DNA of 64,000 nucleotides from an uncultured Bacilli bacterium (GTDB lineage Bacteria; Bacillota_I; Bacilli_A; RF39; UBA660): NCBI GenBank assembly GCA_947627975.1, contig CANQYB010000001.1, positions 7,997 to 71,996 of the forward strand, read 5' to 3'. Shown piece by piece: positions 60,652 to 64,000 of this stretch (position 1 is its first letter; each line of letters starts with the position of its first letter). The notes under the pieces were generated by a model. It saw only the letters and a program-made list of their open reading frames with translations, ran no database searches and was not told where the DNA came from. The position numbers and the translations under genes were made by a program.

Positions 60652-62094
60652 TTATTTATTTTTTGTATATTCTTTAATTTTCCTCTTAGCTAAAGTAGTT
60701 TGAACATTATCAAGCCACTCTTTTTTAGGTCCAAAAGATAAATTATCATTTAATATTTTTACCCGATCATTATTATGTAAAATATAATCAACTGGAACAA
60801 ATTTATCATTAACCACTGCTCCTATAATAGTATTTCCCAATTCAGTGTGTATTTTATATGCTAAATCAATTGGCGTAGAATTTTTTGGTAATTCTATTAT
60901 ATCACCCTTAGTTGTATAAACATATATTAAATCGGAAAATAATTCTTTTTTAACTTGATCTACAAATTTTTTATTATCACCAAAAACTTTATTTATTTCG
61001 ATTAATGATTTAAAAAATTGAAATTTTTCTTTTAAATCTTGTTGCATTTTTTTTCTAACATCAACTGATGTTAAATCCCAGTATGTAGCTAACCCAAAAG
61101 ATGCTACTTTATCCATATCAAAAGTTCTAATTTGAACTTGAACAAGTCTTTCGTTAGGGCCAAAAACAGTTGTGTGTAGTGATTTATACATATTGTTTTT
61201 AGGATTACAAATATAATCTTTAAATTTTTCATTAAATGGATGATATTTTTGATGAATTAATCCTAAACTTATATAACAATTTTCTATAATATCCACCATA
61301 ACTTTTAAGGAAAATAAATCATGAATATCAGAAAACTTCTTATTTTCATTTAAATTTTTATATATTCCATAAATATTTTTAGTTCTTACTTTTATTTCAT
61401 TAAATATATTTTTGTTAGCTAATAAATTTTTTATATTAAATAGCATTTCATTTAAACTATTTTTATTATCAAATTCTATTTTTGTTTTTCTTTCTAAAAT
61501 TTTTTTATAAGTATCAGGTTTTAAATATTGTAAAGAAATATCTTCTAACTCTGATTTAATCCTATAAGCTCCTATATAATATGCAAGAGGAGCAAATATT
61601 TCTATAGTTTCTAAAGAATTTTCTTTTTGTTTAAATTTTGATTTATATTGTAATGTACGCATATTATGTAATCTATCAGCAAGTTTAATAATAATTATTC
61701 TTACATCTTCTGTAATACCCGTTATTATTTTTCGAGTATTAGCAAAATTAATTGCACTTTCAGTAGAAAAATTCATTTTAGAGATTTTTGTTACACCATC
61801 AACTAAATTGGCAGTAGTTTCATTAAAAATATTTTTAATTTCTTCTTTTGTAGTATTAGTATCTTCAAGAGTATCATGTAAAAGTCCAGCACAAATTGTA
61901 TCCATATCAGCATGCATTTCGGCTAAAATATAGGCAACATTTAAAGGATGGATTATATATGGCTCACCACTTTGTCTTGTTTGATTAATATGTTTTAATT
62001 TTGCAAATTCATAAGCTTTTTTTACTTTTTCTAACTCAAAAAAATTATATTCTTTTATTTTTTTTAATAAGCTTTCAATTGTTACTTGTTCCAT
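60652..62094 (-). CDS. relA: RelA/SpoT-family (p)ppGpp synthetase/hydrolase, short form ending after TGS domain
   Basis: HD domain 'HPLNVAYILAEMHADMDTICAGLLHDTLEDT'. Synthetase domain 'RTKNIYGIYKNL...DLFSLKVMV'. TGS 'VYTTKGDIIELPKNSTPIDLAYKIHTELGN'. The ORF stops about 250 aa short of typical long Rel proteins. Confidence 0.8.
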   Translation of the reverse strand: MEQVTIESLLKKIKEYNFFELEKVKKAYEFAKLKHINQTRQSGEPYIIHPLNVAYILAEMHADMDTICAGLLHDTLEDTNTTKEEIKNIFNETTANLVDGVTKISKMNFSTESAINFANTRKIITGITEDVRIIIIKLADRLHNMRTLQYKSKFKQKENSLETIEIFAPLAYYIGAYRIKSELEDISLQYLKPDTYKKILERKTKIEFDNKNSLNEMLFNIKNLLANKNIFNEIKVRTKNIYGIYKNLNENKKFSDIHDLFSLKVMVDIIENCYISLGLIHQKYHPFNEKFKDYICNPKNNMYKSLHTTVFGPNERLVQVQIRTFDMDKVASFGLATYWDLTSVDVRKKMQQDLKEKFQFFKSLIEINKVFGDNKKFVDQVKKELFSDLIYVYTTKGDIIELPKNSTPIDLAYKIHTELGNTIIGAVVNDKFVPVDYILHNNDRVKILNDNLSFGPKKEWLDNVQTTLAKRKIKEYTKNK

Positions 62095-62308
62095 AATACC
62101 CTCCTAAAAAAAAATAATCTCTCTAAAGATTATTTATAAAAATAAAGCATAAAAAATAAATTAAAGTTAAACATATTAATATTAAATTAAAAAAATAATT
62201 TCTTTCTTTTATTTTTTTCATACTTAACCTCTAAATTAATATTTAATATGATTTTATTTTAAATTTTAAATTTTGTCAATAATAATATATAATATAATCA
62301 AAATTTTT

Positions 62309-63499
62309 TTAATTTTGTAAAGCATTATAATTTTTTAATACTTCATCAGCATTTAATGCTCTACTATATACTTTTATATTAGATATTGTTCCGTTAAAAT
62401 TTGTTTCAGGATTCCAACAATAAGAAGAAGTTTCAGGAAATGAATCACATCCAATCATAAGTGGACTAGACTCTGAATGTAAAATCGGTTTTTTTTCATC
62501 GGAAAGATGCACACTTGGTTTTATTTCTTCTCCATTTACATATAATCTTAAATCAAGTCCATCATATGTTCCTACTATATGATATTTAGTATTTATATTT
62601 ATAGGTGCTTGTATTTTAGAATACCATTGATTATGTGCTGTATAAACTGAAAATACTAAAGACTGACTTTCACTTTCATAAATAAAGCCATATCCTCCAT
62701 TTTCTACACTATCTAAAATAAAAACTCTTTTATTATCTTTTAAAATAAATTCAATTTCTAAACTTACATAATCATAATTTAAATATCCAATAAATGCATT
62801 ACTTCGATTATTTCTATCAAATGAAAGTCCTTCACTTGTTTTTGTTGCACCTTCTACTTTTCCATTATATCTATTTCCTGATTTGTCTATTAATGTTTCA
62901 TCGGCATTTTCTAAACTTCTTTTATTATATAATAGTTCTAAGCCTTCTCTTACTATACTTTTGTCTTTTTCTTCATAACTTCCACTTTCTTTTATTCCTA
63001 TTGTTCCCTCGATTGTTAATCCTTGATTATAATCTTGGTTTTCTTTTGTTTCTTTTAATTGAAAAGTTATTTTATATGTTTGAGTTTCTTTACTTTTTAT
63101 TGTTTGCCCTTTTATTATTCCTAAGTTTTCTCCTGCTTCTGGTACTTTACTTTCAGTAAGGCCTTTACATCCACTTGTACATGTTATTGTGTATACTAAC
63201 TCATCTTTTAATATTTCATTATCAAGTTTTAACCACACTAAATCATATGTCACATCTACACTTCCAGTATTTTCTACTGTTACTTCTTTTGTCTTACTCC
63301 ATCCAGGACTTATTTCCGTAGCGTTAAATGAAGGTGTTTTATCTGAAAAACTTAAAGATAATGTTCCGGTTTTAGTTACTACATTTTCTGCATTTGTATT
63401 TCCACTTATTGTTGCACTAAAGTAGGCATAAGAACTTCCTACTATTAAAATACTTATTAAACACATTGTAATTATTAATATTATATATTTTTTCTTCAT
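62309..63499 (-). CDS. secreted SipW-cognate-signal / LamG-domain protein, paralog 2
   Basis: Same N-terminal 230 aa as 13755..14924, with a divergent C-terminal LamG-like half '...NFNGTISNIKVYSRALNADEVLKNYNALQN'. Confidence 0.7.
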   Translation of the reverse strand: MKKKYIILIITMCLISILIVGSSYAYFSATISGNTNAENVVTKTGTLSLSFSDKTPSFNATEISPGWSKTKEVTVENTGSVDVTYDLVWLKLDNEILKDELVYTITCTSGCKGLTESKVPEAGENLGIIKGQTIKSKETQTYKITFQLKETKENQDYNQGLTIEGTIGIKESGSYEEKDKSIVREGLELLYNKRSLENADETLIDKSGNRYNGKVEGATKTSEGLSFDRNNRSNAFIGYLNYDYVSLEIEFILKDNKRVFILDSVENGGYGFIYESESQSLVFSVYTAHNQWYSKIQAPININTKYHIVGTYDGLDLRLYVNGEEIKPSVHLSDEKKPILHSESSPLMIGCDSFPETSSYCWNPETNFNGTISNIKVYSRALNADEVLKNYNALQN

Positions 63500-63515
63500 T
63501 TTTTTACCTTCTTAA
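62810..63515. repeat. about 700-bp direct repeat copy B (matches 14235..14940)
   Basis: About 97% identity by eye over the 5' half of the gene and about 15 bp of 5' UTR. Confidence 0.85.
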
Positions 63516-63519
63516 GTGT

Positions 63520-63547
63520 ATTATATAATACTACCCCCCCCAGTCAA
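63520..63547 (-). promoter_or_regulatory. near-consensus sigma-A promoter with G8 homopolymer in the 16-nt spacer
   Basis: The minus strand reads TTGACT-GGGGGGGGTAGTATTA-TATAAT, about 20 nt upstream of the ATG of 62309..63499. The plus-strand C8 run is at 63534-63541. Confidence 0.5.
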
Positions 63548-63584
63548 GAAAGTGTTTATAAGTTTAATTAAAAAATTTAATAAA

Positions 63585-64000
63585 TTAATTAAGATCTGTA
63601 GTCTTTTTTAAAGTACAAAAATTTTTACAACCACCTACTGGCTTCCCTGTTGTATCTACTGTAATATTATTTTTATCTTTACCAGTTGCAGAATATCCAT
63701 TATTATCATTTGTAATATTAATATAATTTATTTTTCCATACTCGTCAAAATTTATACATGCATGATATCCCTTTTTGTTACTTACATATTTACTTTCAGC
63801 TAATGCTACATAAGAAATTGTACATGATTCTGTTAGATCTGATGCAATATAAGCATTTTCTGCTGCTCTAACAATAGATGTTGCTTCATCTTTAAAAGCG
63901 TCTTTTCTGGCTTTATTCATTATGTTTAAAACACTTGGAAGTGCTATTAAAATTAATACTGACAATATAACAATAACAGCTAGTAATTCTATTAATGTAA
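63585..64000 (-). CDS. type IV prepilin-like protein, paralog 2 (N-terminus beyond window end)
   Basis: The minus-strand frame is open to the window edge, encoding '...TLIELLAVIVILSVLILIALPSVLNIMNKARKDAFKDE...', about 80% identical to the 22701..23165 product over the pilin core. Confidence 0.65.
   Translation of the reverse strand, partial: TLIELLAVIVILSVLILIALPSVLNIMNKARKDAFKDEATSIVRAAENAYIASDLTESCTISYVALAESKYVSNKKGYHACINFDEYGKINYINITNDNNGYSATGKDKNNITVDTTGKPVGGCKNFCTLKKTTDLN

Noticed and set aside
62123-62221. 32-codon hydrophobic ORF (MKKIKERNYFFNLILICLTLIYFLCFIFINNL) with GAGGT RBS upstream of relA
   Set aside because: Could be a leader peptide. Equally likely a chance ORF in 80% AT intergenic DNA, with no supporting conservation visible.

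Overview
This is a very AT-rich (roughly 75% A+T) chromosomal segment from a spore-forming low-GC Firmicute, most likely a Clostridia-like organism. I found no rRNA, tRNA or CRISPR.

Most of the window is conserved housekeeping and sporulation synteny:
- tsf-rpsB, obg, greA.
- The yrrK-like cluster (ireB, ruvX, DUF1292, mltG, trmR, two U32 peptidases).
- cysE, spoIIGA-sigE, ruvAB, tex, zupT, serS, tdk, glyQS, and recO with a coupled small ORF.
- era, dgkA, ybeY, yqfD, yqfC, recU-ponA, comEA-comEC, queH.
- ftsQ-murG divergent from spoVD-mraY-ftsW, then metG and a short Rel.
- T-box leaders upstream of glyQS and of the serS operon.

The main non-core feature is a roughly 15.5-kb integrated element at about 39459..54957.
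- It is inserted exactly inside the SXN active-site motif of the SpoVD-like class B penicillin-binding protein gene. Excision at the shared AATC core would restore an in-frame '...LEVVENSCNPGFVNLG...' gene.
- At its right end is a 573-aa large serine recombinase. Its ORF runs across attR into host DNA. In the excised circle it would read without a stop into the left-end ORF.
- Its cargo is a roughly 2000-aa RHS/YD-repeat polymorphic toxin with no signal peptide, an N-terminal DNRLRE-like domain and a cationic amphipathic C-terminal tip. Upstream lies a phage tail-collar-domain protein.
- Downstream are three membrane proteins that are candidate immunity genes, sitting behind duplicated promoter/RBS and terminator modules.
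- It also carries a 5'-truncated TraG/VirD4 coupling-protein remnant and a small ORF that could be a directionality factor.

A second notable system is a duplicated pair, each made of a prepilin-like gene and a SipW-cognate-signal/LamG secreted protein gene. The two LamG paralogs share a roughly 700-bp near-identical 5' half. One copy sits behind a near-consensus promoter whose 16-nt spacer contains a G8 homopolymer, which is a candidate slipped-strand phase-variation switch.
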